In this document: positions 25,171 to 39,000 of the stretch, piece by piece
Layout of the letters: each line of letters starts with the position of its first letter
How positions within the stretch are numbered: the first letter of the stretch is position 1
Origin: Raillietiella orientalis
Lineage: Eukaryota
DNA: 64,000 bases
Assembly (NCBI GenBank): GCA_036172245.1
Contig: JAYWIR010000054.1
Location: forward strand, 62,001 to 126,000
Reading direction: 5' to 3'
Program-made: the position numbers and the translations under genes
Notes under the pieces: generated by a model
What the model saw: only the letters and a program-made list of their open reading frames with translations
Told to the model about the DNA's origin: nothing
The model's database searches: none

Positions 25171-27206
25171 ACGATGCCTCGGGGAGGGAAAAATCTTAAG
25201 CCCATTGAAGTTTATAGGGGAATGTATGAATTGGTGGACCAGGGCCACATTTTTTCAGTTCGGCTCGAACTCTCCCCTTTCCCCTCATCCTCTGACCTCA
25301 CGTTTAGCCGTTTGGGTTCTTTAACGAATCCCATGTATCGCAAGTCAGTGGCATTTTTTACCTTACATTGCAACGTAGAATTGTAACCATCGGTCGCGTA
25401 GAGTTGCGTTTCGCTGCCCATTGGCGATCCATTCTGCTAAAAGTCCTACTAGCTACCGTTGCAGCCAGGAGGTTGCCGGAGGTCTCTCTTTTGCAAGCAG
25501 CAGCATCGATAAAACCATTGCTGTTGGAGGAGACCTCCTTCATGGTAGCACATCTAGGGACATCCATGATCCACTCAATTCTCCACCAGTAAGACCTCTC
25601 ACTCTCCTCACTCTAGCTCCTGTTGACCCACAACATGATTTCAGGTCAAGACCCGAGTCTGCTAAATGAAGCATGAAGGTTTACCTTTGCGACAGCGAAA
25701 ATTCGTCCTCGCACTCCACAGTAACCGGCTGGTATTCTCATTGCTTGTATACACCTCCACCTTCTTGAAATTCTATTTTAGAAAATGTTAACTGAGAACT
25801 TAAAAATGTTAACTAACCTGATCATTGCACAGGAGTACAGACAGTACTTATATTAGTATATGTACAGCTGTAGCGTGTGCCTCAAAACACATTGTACTTT
25901 GGGGCAATGGTCGTATTTTTTTTGTAGCGTTGCTTTGAATGTTTCATGCCTTACTGAATGCTTTCTATTTAAGTCTGACAATTTATCTGACACGTATGAG
26001 CATCTTTTTTGCGTTTTTGAACCAAGACTTTAAAATTATGACTTCATATCTGAAATTCAATCATATTTTCATTTGGAAAGCAAACATGTAATGCACTGTC
26101 TTCTTTTGCATTTGGGCAACCCAACTTTGAGCTGTGATGGGATATTTGTGTCGTAAAAAAGGGTATTTTTTTAAGAATAAACTTGTGCCTGTAACCAGTT
26201 AGTTGGTTTGCACATTAGATTGTGAAACACTGTTCGCCTCAGAATGAGCTATGAAACTGAGTGCATTTGAGTTGCATGAATTGAGCAGCTACGTAAAAAA
26301 CTACATAATACTCTAGCGAAACCTTGAGAGGCAATTTGGAATTTGGCTGTGGGACGCTTAGCTGGCAGCATAAGAACAACTAACGGTAGAGGTATAATTC
26401 AAAGTAACGGAATAATTGTGCTTCAAAAGTTGGTTTTGTGTTACGCTGGAAAGTCAGTGAAATGCAGTCAGTCAGCAAGGAGTCATTGTGAACTTCATAA
26501 TCAAAATGCAAAGACCGAAATCCAAAGGCACTGGTCATATATGGAACTTTGGAAAGGTTGCGATATTTGGTATAGAAACTCAAGAATAGTAGCATTCAGA
26601 AAAGTAACGATCTTTGTTGATTCCGTTTTAGAATTAAGAGTCGGCGTTCGAAAGCTTTTAGAAAGATTTGATTTGGATTCTTGTCATTTGCCATACCATG
26701 GTTTTTGTTTTCATGCATTTTCTCTTCGGAAAAGTCTCAGTGCTGAACATGGCAGTTTCAGAGATGCAGGTTTCATTTATCAATCAGAGATTGCATTCAA
26801 GTATGAATTCTAAGATGCAGAATGCAAGTTGCTACATTCCCACGTTTCCAATTTTGGGCATTACCTAGAATAAAGTTTGAGAAATCGCTGAAGATATTAT
26901 GCTGTACTTTTCAATTAGGAAAAAAAGGTGCTCTCCTCCCCGACGAATAAGTAGAATAACAGGGGATGGCATAAGGAATCACATTTTCTTCTTCTTTTTT
27001 TTAGAATCGTGGGGCAGTTTGATTGTTTGGCAAAATGTAGCATTCTGTAGTCCACAAATCAATTTAATTTTGCACCACATGTGAAATCTTAATGTTGGCA
27101 CCTCTTAATGTTTTCGTGATATCGGAATGGTGATCTTATCAAGTATTGGGTAATGAATGTTAATCGACGTGTGGTTTAAGTGGAAACATGCTTTTATGCA
27201 TGTAAG

Positions 27207-29348
27207 ATGTCGGAATATTGGTTGATCTCTGCTCCTGGTGAAGAAACCTGTCAGCAAACTTGGGATGATTTAAACAGAGTCACTTCAAAAGGCGGTAGTG
27301 ATTTATGCACCAATTACAAGTTTCATGTGCCGGATTTGAAGGTACGGTTAGCCGTTCAGCATTTTATTCTATAACCTTTGCAGCATACTTAGATGCAGTG
27401 AGATCGATAAGAGCTCACTAAGAATTTTGAGCTTGGAGTTGATTCGAGTTCTGTGTGAATTCGTATGGAAATGTGATAACCGAAAATGAATGTTTCCTCC
27501 GATTTTAGGTTGGAACACTCGATCAGCTAGTTGGTTTGTCCGATGATTTGGGGAAACTCGATAACTATGTCGAAGGAGTTACAAGAAAGATCGCCCAATA
27601 TTTAGGAGAAGTACTTGACGATCAGAGTTATAAGCTTGCAGAAAATTTGTTGGCGAATGGAGGTAATGCAAATTTTAACGAATGTTTGCAGCCAAACCAC
27701 CATGAATTCAGTTCAATTGCCCCAATACATCACCCGATTTCAATGGGACATGGCCAAATATCCAGTGAAGCAGTCCTTGCGAACCTTGTATGAAATCGTT
27801 AACAAACAGATTACCCAGATCGAAGGTGATCTGAAAACCAAATCGCAAGCATATAATGATTTGAAAAATAACCTACAATCAGTTGAAAGGAAGCAGACGT
27901 GAGCACCTTTTTTTAATCTCATGCATTGTGATTCTTGAAGCAGTTTTGTTTGTATTTGAGAAAATACGTTGTAGCATAATAGTGATGTTAATTTGAACTT
28001 TGTTCTGAAAGCAAAATGTTTTTGACTCTCCAAGAGTTTTGCTATTTGCAGAAAAATCGTCATTTGAATTGTTGGGATGCAAAACTAATTCCTGTAACTT
28101 GAGTGTCCAGGTTGATAAGAACCTGAAGTTTTCATCTGATTGCATTTGTTAATGTTGATGTTGTAATTCATGTTTCTGAGATAACCAGGAAGCGTATTTA
28201 CATGAAGCTATCCAAAGCTGGGCATCGAGTTTTCATGACCATGTTAATGTTCATGTAAATGTTTCAAAGTCTATGTTGCAGAGAGTAGTTTCTGCATGTG
28301 AAATGATAAAACATTTTATTCCTGGGTCTCCACATTTCCTTGCTATGAACATATAAGATGACCCCTTACCAACTGGTGACTCTATGCAAACTATGCAAAC
28401 CTCAAAAACATATATTTCAGTGGCAGTTTGACTTCCCGTACACTGTATGACATTGTCAAAAAGGAAGACTTTGTGTTAGATTCTGAATATTTGATAACTC
28501 TTCTAGTTGTTGTACCCAAGTAAGTATTTGCATCGTAAAATCTCTCTAAATATACTGTAGAGCCAACTATCATGACTGGTATGCCAACTATGAAAAGTTA
28601 TCTAGTAAAGTGGTACCTCGTTCAACAAAGCTTGTTTTTGAGGATCAGGAGAATGGCTTGTTTACAGTCACCTTGTTCCAACTTGTTCAGGAGGAATTCA
28701 TTAACAAAGCTCGCGAGCATAAGTAGGTTTGGCTGGCTAGTGCAAAACTGAAATGTGCTGCCAGATTCTTAGTTCGTAAAGACTTTACCTACAATGAAGC
28801 TGAGTTGGCAGCAGGGAAAAATAAAGTGCTGGAACTGGTCATGAACAAAAAAAAGCAATTTGTGAGCTCAATGATTTTTTAAAGATTCAAAACTTGAGCT
28901 GTTTTTAGGGTCCCCTGGTGAGATGGCTCAAAGTGAATTTCAGTGAGTGTTTTACTGCTTGGATCCATGTGAAGGCATTGCGTGTGTTTGTGGAATCTGT
29001 GCTTCGGTAAGCCATTCTTGAAGGGAAACATGATACAGAAGACAAACCAAGCATAGCTATGGACTACCTGTCAATTTTCAAGCCATGCTGCTTCATCCAC
29101 ATAAGAAGAGTCAGAGACGGCTGAAGGAAATACTTTACCAGCACTATGCCCACTTGGACAACAGTGCCATGCATGCACAAACTTCTGATTCTCAGGTCAG
29201 CTGTATTCAGGAAATGAATGAATGCATGATGGGTTGGTTACAGATGGTCGACATTCCTGGTCTGAGCATGGGTCAAATGGAGTATCACCCATATGTGTGC
29301 TACAAGATCAATATTGATATGCTGGAACAGCCTTCAAGCAGATTGTAG
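27207..29348 (+). CDS. ATP6V1C1: V-type proton ATPase subunit C (9 coding exons)
   Basis: Exons 27207-27341, 27509-27662, 27712-27898, 28421-28519, 28561-28722, 28765-28861, 28909-29006, 29057-29195, 29244-29348, all GT-AG. Splices to [11 protein letters not shown]...[18 protein letters not shown]...FQWDMAKYP...[23 protein letters not shown]. Confidence 0.97.
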
Positions 29349-30008
29349 TCTAGATATTTATCATGTGTAGTCATATAGTCAAAGCATGTCCCAAGTTGGG
29401 ATTTTGCTGCCATGTAAGCATAATTTCCAAGTATGTGATACTACTTGCAACTGCCTTTGCAGCAAGAATTCCAATAAGTCTTTTTTTTTTTTTCCCCCCC
29501 CCTTTTAAATGCAAATTCAAGAAATAGACGTTTTGGATCATTGTAGAATATAGTCTTTTGTGAATGCTGGAAATTCGGATTATTAACCCTGGTAATGAGC
29601 AGTGCTCTTGCATCAAAGTAGAATTCCATGGAAATTCTACTTTGCGTATGCATCATTTTGAAAAAAGAATTTATTGGCAATAACTGCTATGATTTCCACA
29701 TGCTTATTGCAACCTTGCTCTTTTTCTTATCAACAACTGACAGCTCTTACGATAAAAACTATAAATTGTGTAGCTGGAGTTTGATTGTTTCTGCATGGGA
29801 TTTTGGTAGCCTTTTGTATAAAACACTTATCCCATTTTGGGGTGAGATTGTTGTGCACAACGGAGGTAGGTTGTATGGAGTGCTTTTTGAGCCATAGCAT
29901 GCACAATTTGGTAATAGAATGCATAAGGTCTATATTGTTCTATAAGAATTTGTAACAAGATACAATCAGATATGTTTTGGTTTATTGGCCACATAGAAGG
30001 ATGGATGC

Positions 30009-31385
30009 TCACGGAGGAAGCATGGTGCTTATCTCCACCACGTTCTGGAGTAAACTTTTATTGTGAACGAAAACAGCAAAACGAAAAATGTCACCTTGTT
30101 AGCATCCAGCACACTTTTCCAGTCCTGCTGAGAAATCTTGGCAGCAGCTAAGGCAATCAGGTCCAAGGCCTTCTCACTAGATTCCTGAAGAGTTTTCATT
30201 ACTTTCTCCACACAAACATGATCATCTGCTTTCCAACAATCATAATCAGTCACTATTGCCACATTAGCATAACTGAGACCTGCTTCTTTAGCTAACACAA
30301 CCTAGAGCAAATGAAATGTGTCTGCTGTTCTGTTTGCTCATATGCACCTCAGGCACTGTTGTCATGTTTACCACATCGGCACCCCACTGCTGGAACAAGC
30401 GACTTTCTGCTGTCGTAGAAAATCTTGGCCCTTCAATGGTAACAGTAGTACCAGTAGGATGATGACGCAGGTTTAGTTCTTTAGCACATTCCAAAAGAAC
30501 TTCACAGGTGGATGAACAGAACGGTTTTTGCATAGGAATGTGGCATACACCTTTAGGAGAGTGTTCTTCACCATCATAGAAAGTGTTCTGCCTTTTATTT
30601 GTTCTGTAAATGTAATCAGGCAGTCTCAAAAAAAAATTGTACAGTCTGTGGTTACCTATCAATAAATTGGTCAAGGATCACAAGGTCACCCGGATAGATG
30701 TTTTCTTGTAGAGAACCACAGGCAGTTGTTGCCAAAATGTGTGTACATCCAGCTTCTCTCAGTGCCCAAATATTGGCACGATAATTGACTTTAGAAGGCA
30801 TGATGGTATGGTATCGGCCATGCCTAAGAAGCCATAACTAGAATATGTCTTTAAATTTTGGCGAAAATATACGAGAACTATCGAGCAAGTACATGCGAGG
30901 TACAAGGAGCACTATACCTGCCCAGTATGACACAGTCAACACCTTTTAATTTTCCTTGTATGAGGGCATCCGATGGTTTTCCAAATGGGGTTTCCACATA
31001 CCATTCCTGCCTTCCCGTTATAAAATCGCTATTATGATAGCCCGTACCACATATAACGGCCACCTGAGTAAGAAAAAAAAAAAAAGGAAGTAAACTGGCA
31101 CTTTTCAGTGAGGATTCTATTTTTTTTTTTTTTTTTTTGGAAACATCACTAAATCGTTTATGAACAGAGCGATTCTCGGCATTTCCGATTACATACACGA
31201 CAAAAGGCAACCACCGGAAAAACACGGGTCGACAAATCTACAGTGTGTTTCCACTCCCACCCCCTGCATGGGGATGTGTTAACGAACAGCACACGGGCGT
31301 TCCACGGAAGGGAACAAACAAAGGCAAAGCTCGGTATCTCCTCTGCGTGTATTGAATTTGCACAACTAACCTTCGCGGACACCAT
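30009..31385 (-). CDS. MTAP: S-methyl-5'-thioadenosine phosphorylase (6 coding exons)
   Basis: Exons 31385-31371, 31063-30918, 30823-30656, 30603-30348, 30301-30095, 30044-30009. Motifs [51 protein letters not shown]. Confidence 0.96.
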
Positions 31386-31590
31386 GGTGAGCCCAGCCAC
31401 TTGCTCCCGTACAAAAAACCACTCTGGTGCACTCTGCACTTCAGCAGCCAGGAAACGGCACCGTACACTCGCTCATGCGGAACACTCACGAGGGCTGCCG
31501 CTCCCCCGCACTCGCCGGACAGCCTCCCGGTCCAGGAATCCGAGGTTTCCGCCGCCCGGGGACAGCGGCAGGAGGGCGGAGGCCGGAATT

Positions 31591-31611
31591 ACTACCACCA
31601 CCACCACTACT

Positions 31612-31644
<33 letters not shown>

Positions 31645-31650
31645 ATTGTT
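31591..31650. repeat. Compound trinucleotide microsatellite (ACY)n-(GTT)n
   Basis: Read directly; lies in the GC-rich region upstream of MTAP. Confidence 0.9.
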
Positions 31651-31850
31651 TTCGGGAGGGAAGGGGGGGGGGAAAGAAAGGGTTTTTTTTTTCCGCCCGG
31701 GAACGAACTGGGTGGACGAGCCTTCGTCAGGTCGGTGGTACGAACACTCCTCGGAAGAAGACCGAGTGCGATTGGTTTCCATGGAGTCCCTTTTCGGTTG
31801 GGCCGAGGGCAGTCATCTCTTTCAAAACGCGTTCCGCCCGGTGCGAGGCT

Positions 31851-31890
31851 CATCGTCATCATCATCATCGTCGTCGTCGTCGTCGTCGTC
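31851..31890. repeat. Compound microsatellite (CAT)n-(CGT)n
   Basis: Read directly. Confidence 0.9.
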
Positions 31891-34800
31891 AGTACCTTTG
31901 GGCGGACGGAAGCTTTGCAGCCCACAGTGCAGTCGTACGCACACATTTCCAATTCGGTCGTAGAGCTTCGTGGAGTTTAACGAGACCGAAAGTAGAAGAG
32001 GGACTTCGAGCTGCACCTTCCTCGAACAGAATCGAGAGGGTTGGGCCAAAGACGAGCAGCATGAGTTTCCTTATTTATTATACAACTGGCAACTTGACGA
32101 TGCGTTCCGCTGCCGTTCCCAATTTAATTTAACTGCGTGTTGTTTAAGAGGGACATGCTGAAATGGGCTCATACAAAGCCCTATGGAATACTAGTTAGCT
32201 CTTTTCGAGGACTAGATAGGTGATCGTGGTTCCTAGATTGTTAATACTATTTTCCAATAGTCTCGGGCACCGATTTTGTTTTGTTCTTTTTTCTTTTTTT
32301 TTTTTTTCAAATTATTACATCGGAGAAGGAAATCCGAGTCATCAACTCTGAGCTATCAGCTCAGCGATGGTCCATTGCTATGTTGAGGCAGAAACGACGG
32401 TTTGGATTCCTCAATGATCGATATTGTTAGACGATAAGAACAGAAATTTCGCACGAGATATTGATAGAAGATGTAAATGAGATTCATTTACAGGGATCAG
32501 CATTCGAACCAAGTGCGAAGGCATTAAGGGACAGACTATGTAATAATAATAATAATAAAAAAAAAAAAAACTGCGATTGGTACTTTGCAGCTTTGTGTTC
32601 CAGAACCTTTGTGCAGCCGGAAACTTGCGCTCGAAAGTCTCCGATGACGTCATTCGGTACAACATTGGCATTTTTTTTTTTTTTGCGTTTTGAAAGTGCG
32701 TTGTACGTACGTAATGCTCTTTCACCTTACGTACATGTAACGTAGAAGGCAATTCGAAATCCTGGACCTTCGAGAAAAAACCGAAGATAACTGCCAGGTT
32801 AAAATCGAAATCCAAAAGTGTGAGCCAAGTGCTCATCCATAGCCGGCCGAGGAAACATCCGGGAATCGGAAACTGTACGAAAAGAAAAAAAAAAAGGAAA
32901 ACCTATAGAGAGACGGAGGGAGGGAGGAAAAGATGGCGCGCGCAAGTGTGCAATGATGACACAGGCTCGTTTGAGAACCAAAACGCAAACTCATTCGGCA
33001 GGGAAATTGATTCGATGATCTGTCCCTGTTCGCAAGGGAGGAAAAATTCAGGGATACGCGGAACGGAGGAGCACGGGAGAACCATTTTGAAACGGGAAAG
33101 AGATCCGTTCCTGGAATGACCGCTTGGGTCGACAGAACAGCAAGATGGTAGCTGAACACCGTCTCCCGGACGTGCACCGCCATCATAAAAGGAACCTTGG
33201 CAAAAAAAAAAAAAAAAAACAAGAAGCACTACGGAAATCCCAGGAATCGTGGTGTGCGCTGGTGAATGCACAGTTTCGAAGGGGAAAGGAAAGTCGATTT
33301 ATTGGTTGGTCTCTTTGGCACGAAACATTCTTCAACTTTCTTTTTTTTTTTTGGGGGGGGGGGGGGGATGACGGTACTTCATTGCTCGTTTCCCTTGCAA
33401 GTGTTCAAAAGGCGTTGGTCCCTCGCGGAAGGTTCTGAGCATTTAACTTATCCAAAAGAATACCTGGAATCTACGGGGGGCACTGGTTTGGTTCCACGTC
33501 GATTCTTTGCTACGTAGACCGTTTGCCAGCTGCGACCCATATACGGAAACCGATTCGTCCTTCTTTGTCTTCAGGTGCGACTTTCCGAAAAGAAGTACGA
33601 CGAATGCACGAGTGCAGAGACCCCATCCAGCAACCCAGAACAACCCATCCGGAACTAAGAAACATTTTTTTTTTTTTTTTGTCTAAGAACGAACGCCAGT
33701 CGGGTTGGCGTGCAACGTCTCCTGCAGCACACTTGCCGGAAACCATTTGCGCTCAACACTTTGCGCACAGCCCGAGTGGACCACAACCCATCCAGGAAGA
33801 TCAATGGCTGCTGCATTGCTGTTGCGCTTCTCGCTCATCTCAGAGGCTGAGAAAATGGCCGAAACGATGGAAGAGAGTCAGTTCGGCTTCCTCCACCGTC
33901 TTGGAAATGAAGGGATCGTGCAAAAAGTCCACTATGAATTTTTATTTTTCGAGATATATCTTCCTCAGCGATTCAACTGCAACACGCATTTCGACTTTGG
34001 AGGGATTTTTTTTTTTTTTTTTTTTTCCATCTCGATTCGCTTTATTTTCTTCCAAAGTCTCGAAAGCCTGAAATTTCGTGGTATGATTCGTGGTGGTGGC
34101 TGGCGCTTATTCACGGTTGGCGATAAGGTCCGGGACCTTCGCAACGGTGGCCCCCGTGCTGCAAAAAGAGAAAAAGGTTCGGATGGGATCGTTTCATCTG
34201 GAGGAATCGTGGGCCGCCACATATGCGAGTGCAGTCTCGAAACCTGGATAGGGCGAGCGTTCGAGCCTGCAAGTCGCCAAGCTGCTGCTGGACTCAAACT
34301 TGGTCGGCCCCATGGAACACAGGCACCCATGACTGATCCACTCCAAGCTGCTGCAACACGTGAACCGTCGCAATCTCGGTGTAAGGAATGTTTTCTTCGT
34401 GTGACTTTTTTGCGGGCTGCAGAAATTTTCGCCAACGACGTTTCACCGCGGTTGCAAAGCATTCCACCCAAACTGCCATCCTTGTTTCATTCCGTCAGCT
34501 CTTCCTACGATTTCAATCGGAAAGTCGAAATGCTTTTTTTTTTTTTTTTTTTCTTCCCTCCCCCCCCCTTCTTGGTGTCTGTTTGTTCTTATTAGGCTTT
34601 CCGGGAAGTTTTCAGAATCCCGAGCTCAGGATGGATCGAGCATTACTAGGACTTCGGCGAGGATAGATCGAGTGCACGCACTTTGAGAGAGCAGCAGTTG
34701 TAAGCTTGTCCACGTTCGGTGCAAATTTCATGAGGAACAGAAAGTTGTGTGTGACCACGGTTGCGCCTTGGTGCCATGTAAATCGAAAGAAAAGTGTGTT

Positions 34801-35699
34801 GGGGGGTACGCCTGAAAGGCAGCAAAAAATGGATAAGTACGGTGTAGTACAAGAAGCCTTGACATGTGCATAGGCCGAAGTAACATGGAAAAACACCTTT
34901 TCGAAAGGAAACGTCGAAAGCTAACAAAAACGGAAGTCGTCCTCACCTTCTCGTGAATGGTTCGACCTTTGAGGCCGACCCGACAGAAATCGGCGCCACT
35001 CACCGCGAGGTGCGCGCTGGGTGTGAAGACGACGCCATTTATGATTAAGAAAAAAAAAAAAAAAACATCCCCGGAATGTATTCACCACTGGAAATTCTTT
35101 TCAGCAATCTCTTTTGACGAATTCCTGGCTGCCCATTGTGCATAACACGATCGCCGTGAGCTCGAGGTGTTCGGTCCGAGTTCTGGCAGCAGACGAAGCA
35201 GCAGCCCGCGCTGCATGCGATCCCCAAATGACCAGCTGCGACCTGCGAAAGGACCTCTCGCTGAGAGGGTCCTATCTGAGATGATGATTGAGGCGCATCT
35301 GCGAAGCGTCTCGAATCCGGGCGAATGAGGAAAGGAAACGGATGGAGAATGTCGCGATTGAGGAACGTCTGCATCCCATGAATCGCGAGGATCTGCGTTC
35401 CCCCACGTTGCTGCAGCGAACGGCACACGTCCCACCATTCCAGGAATCTTTGCGCTTCCCAAAGGGGTGATGCAAACGGTTGGTTCTTCAAGAGATGCTT
35501 GCCGACGTGCTCTGTTTTCCACTGGGACTCTGGTGAGCTCGCGCAGTCGTGAACACAGAAAAGGACGAAAGGGCAAGAACTGCGGACCTGCCCGTTTCCA
35601 ACGAAGGAGATGACTACCTTACGAGCGCCCCAGGCGGCGATAGGCAGTGGAAATGCACAATGACAGGGAGGAAGAGTAGGAGCAGAGCTCGCGCAAGAG

Positions 35700-35826
35700 A
35701 AAGGTTCCGAGCGCCCGGGGTTTGCAGGTGGTCCGGCGGCCCACCCAGGCACGAACCGGGCCCGGCGCTGCTTAACTTCGCCCGACCGAACGACAGGGGC
35801 GGAGTCGGGATCGCATGCCTGCCATC
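35700..35826 (-). rRNA. Diverged 5S rRNA-like sequence (variant gene, pseudogene or SINE3-type head)
   Basis: Minus strand reads ...CGCCCCTGTCGTTCGGTCGGGCGAAGTTAAGCAGCGCCGGGCCCGGTTCGTGCCTGGGTGGG(CCGCCG)GACCACCTGCAAACCCCGGGCGCTCGGAACCTTT, colinear with metazoan 5S including the A-box GAAGTTAAGC. Confidence 0.7.
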
Positions 35827-36079
35827 CGCCACACGATTTTTCCGGCACCGTGTGTTCGCGAAACGCACTTTCCGCCGTGCAGCATGATGCTCGTTTCGGT
35901 GAATGCTGTGAAACACGAATTCTCCATCCGCCTGGTGAGCTCAAACGCAATATTCAATTTGCATTGCAGTGGATTTCTTCGCTATGTTTGGGAATTGACC
36001 GTGCGGACAAATTTCGGTCGGGTAACACCGGGATGAGGCTACACAGCTCGCCAAGCTCCTCAGTGATGGGTCTCCTTGT

Positions 36080-39000
36080 TCATGTCGTCGGGAGCTGATG
36101 TGCGTGGAACACATTTTGGCCACCAAACACAGTAAAACTTTGCACTGATGAGCAGAGCGGAGTATCGGTACAAATACATACCACGAACACCGCTGAAGAG
36201 ATTCCCAGAATGCTCCCAGCCAGCACATCTGTCGGGTGGTGGTGGTTGTCCGAAATACGAGAAACGGATATGAAGACTGCGGTTGCTAAGCATAGGAACT
36301 GCAGAAAGGGTCTCAGTAATTCGCTCTTCACGGTGGACAAACGATGCTGAAGGTACATCTGGATGTGATGTGTGGGTGTGCACGTAGAAAGGCAGGCTGA
36401 TTTCTACTCACCACCAAATAGGCCATTGAGTAAAAGGAAAAGGACGCATTGCCGGAAGGAAAAGATAGCCTTGGGGGTAGAGTCAATTAGTCGTCGGCGT
36501 CGAAGAGTTAGGTTGTGCCTTACATCAACGCTTTCAACTCCGAGTGTGATCTGAGGACGTTGGTGCACTCGTAGTCGGTGATGTACTGCAGAGGATGGCA
36601 TGCCCCGCCATTCCAAACTGGGATGCATATTTCCACAAAATGAGGACGCAAGCGACCGAAGGTGTACTTGACAACGTCACCCAGCAATTTGCAGCACACT
36701 GAACCAAACAAAAAGCATCCGATTGCTTTATAGATGGTGACTGCCCTCGTAACCAATGTTGAAGCCAGTGCTGAGTTGAAAGAAGAGGGCATCCGACCTA
36801 TCGACCTTTTGTCGGTCCATTCGAGTACTATCATCTGAAATTTACAGTAGCACCGGGTGAGCGAAGAGGCCATGAAACGATCGAAAACTCGAGCACTCCA
36901 GAGATTCTCGAAGATCAAAAAGAAGCAGGTTCTTAATTTGAATCGGGATCTTTCGGCTGAATCAGAAGATCATGGTTCGAAAGTTACAAGCGCTTTACTT
37001 TTCTTTTCTTTACTGTATACACGTACAGTTTCTACTCGACAGCAACGATGCTTTCAAATTTTTGCCCGTTGCATCAAACACCGCACTTCCACCACCACCC
37101 TTCAAACAGAGCACTCATCGAAAACACCGGTTAACAAAGGAAGAAAGAAATTTATTTACAATTAATGATGGCACGAGGAATCCAGTTCCATAAAGTACTG
37201 CCGGAGTGACCGTGGAGGGCTTGTAGGGCAGGCGCAATGTCTGATCGTCACAAAAAAAACCCCGCTTATTAGGCCTCACCCAGTGGTGAAACACGAAAAC
37301 CGATGTGCAGACTAAACAATCAGAAGGAAACACATGTAGATACACAATTTCATCTGGGAGCGGCGGCCAAATGTCAGATACGTTTTGTTTGCAAAAACGA
37401 ATTGGAGGCCGCAAGGAATGTTAGGAGGAAGGAAGCAAACTTTTTGACATGTCGGGGCCGCGCAGCGCCCGCGTGGTTTGGTCCACGCTCGAGCAGCAGC
37501 ACTGCGCTCGCCGCGCCGCGCGTCCGACCGGACACGAATGGTGTTTCGGAGGGACAGCTCTGTTGTCCAGCAAAGCTCTTCGGTTCCGGATTCGTAACCC
37601 GGGTATGCATGATGGAATTTCAATTTTGAAAAAAAAAAAAAAAAGAAAAAAAAAAATGCCTTCTGGAGATCGCTCTCCCAATCACTTGAGAGTTCGTCTC
37701 GGTCCCCTCGCCCGACGCTGGCTGTGGGATGCGAAAGAAGTGGACACTGAGGGGGATGATATCAGAAGAAACATCACACGCGTTCAGGGAGACGATGAAA
37801 CATCGATCTCGACGCTTTGTGAAGACGAATCTCGAGATTCTGGCGCCGGTTCTTGAGCGTCAACAGGCTGCAGCGAAGGTCACCGAAAGTCGGGCTTTGA
37901 AGCACAACTCGTGACCGCGCAGGAAGCGCGCGCTTTGCGAACGAGTCGACGACGAGTCCGCAGGAAGTCCGAAGAAAAATTCACTAAAAAACTGGTGGTT
38001 GCGTCCGCCAACTTGCCATCACGAAATCACCAGCAACCTAAACGCAGCCTCGTTTCATCAACCCATGCATAGATCTCAACAAGGTCGCGATCATTGGGCA
38101 AGAAGTACGGCGCCAGCACGTTCTGGAAAGTCGCATCGGCATCCGACAGGCTCCTCCGATCAGATCAGCTCATTTCCTTGATTCGAGTTTGGCTGCACTG
38201 ACACCCAGCATCCGGGATGAAAAAAGGCCCGGCTTTGGCTGGTGCGTAGCCGGATTTCTTGAGCACAGGGAACGCCACTTCGAAGAGATGATGACACTCC
38301 GCAGCGTAGAGCTGGAGGGTGAACTTTCAACACAGATCTCTTAAGAGTCGAGTCGATTTTGTACACGCGATTAAAAGCAGTACGTCACAAGTGCAAACAG
38401 TCTGGCGGGAGGGAAACTGCGTCACAAACCCCGGCTCATCGAGCTACGAACCGACAGACTACGTCGGCGTCGCCTAGCAAAAGAATGCCACTTTCCATCC
38501 GATGGTCCATGCTGGCAGTGCATGTGAGCAGCCGAAGCAAACGAATTTTCAAGGGGAAAACATGTGATGAAGTTGTTTGAAAACGAAAGCAATCAGCCAT
38601 AGGGGATGTTAAGAGTGAGTTGCTTCAGAAACACATCGCACACGGGAAAAAAGAAAAAAGAAACTTTGGAAGCTGCCTGAATTCAGATCGCCAAAAGAAT
38701 CAGCGAGAGCGGAGAATCTTCCGAGGTTCGGTTTTCCCACGCACGCAGAAATCACGCGGCTCCACGGAAGCTTTTCGTGCGTCCTCATCGCCTCGTCCCA
38801 GGGACGCAGCACTTCCCGGAAGGAACCGACTTTACAGCGCGTTTGCGCCCGCATCTTCCTTGCAGCAACTTTTGAAAAATCCGCACCACGGGGAATCCCG
38901 GATGAGAGATCCACTCCTGAAAACCGAATCTGCGCATCTCGAAACTGTTACTAAACGGAAAACTTTTCAGCGGCATGCACAGAGCGCTCCGACGCGACTT

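Noticed and set aside
31243..32132. Long overlapping ORFs with poly-V/T/C/H/L tracts
   Set aside because: Artefacts of trinucleotide microsatellites in a GC-rich promoter region.
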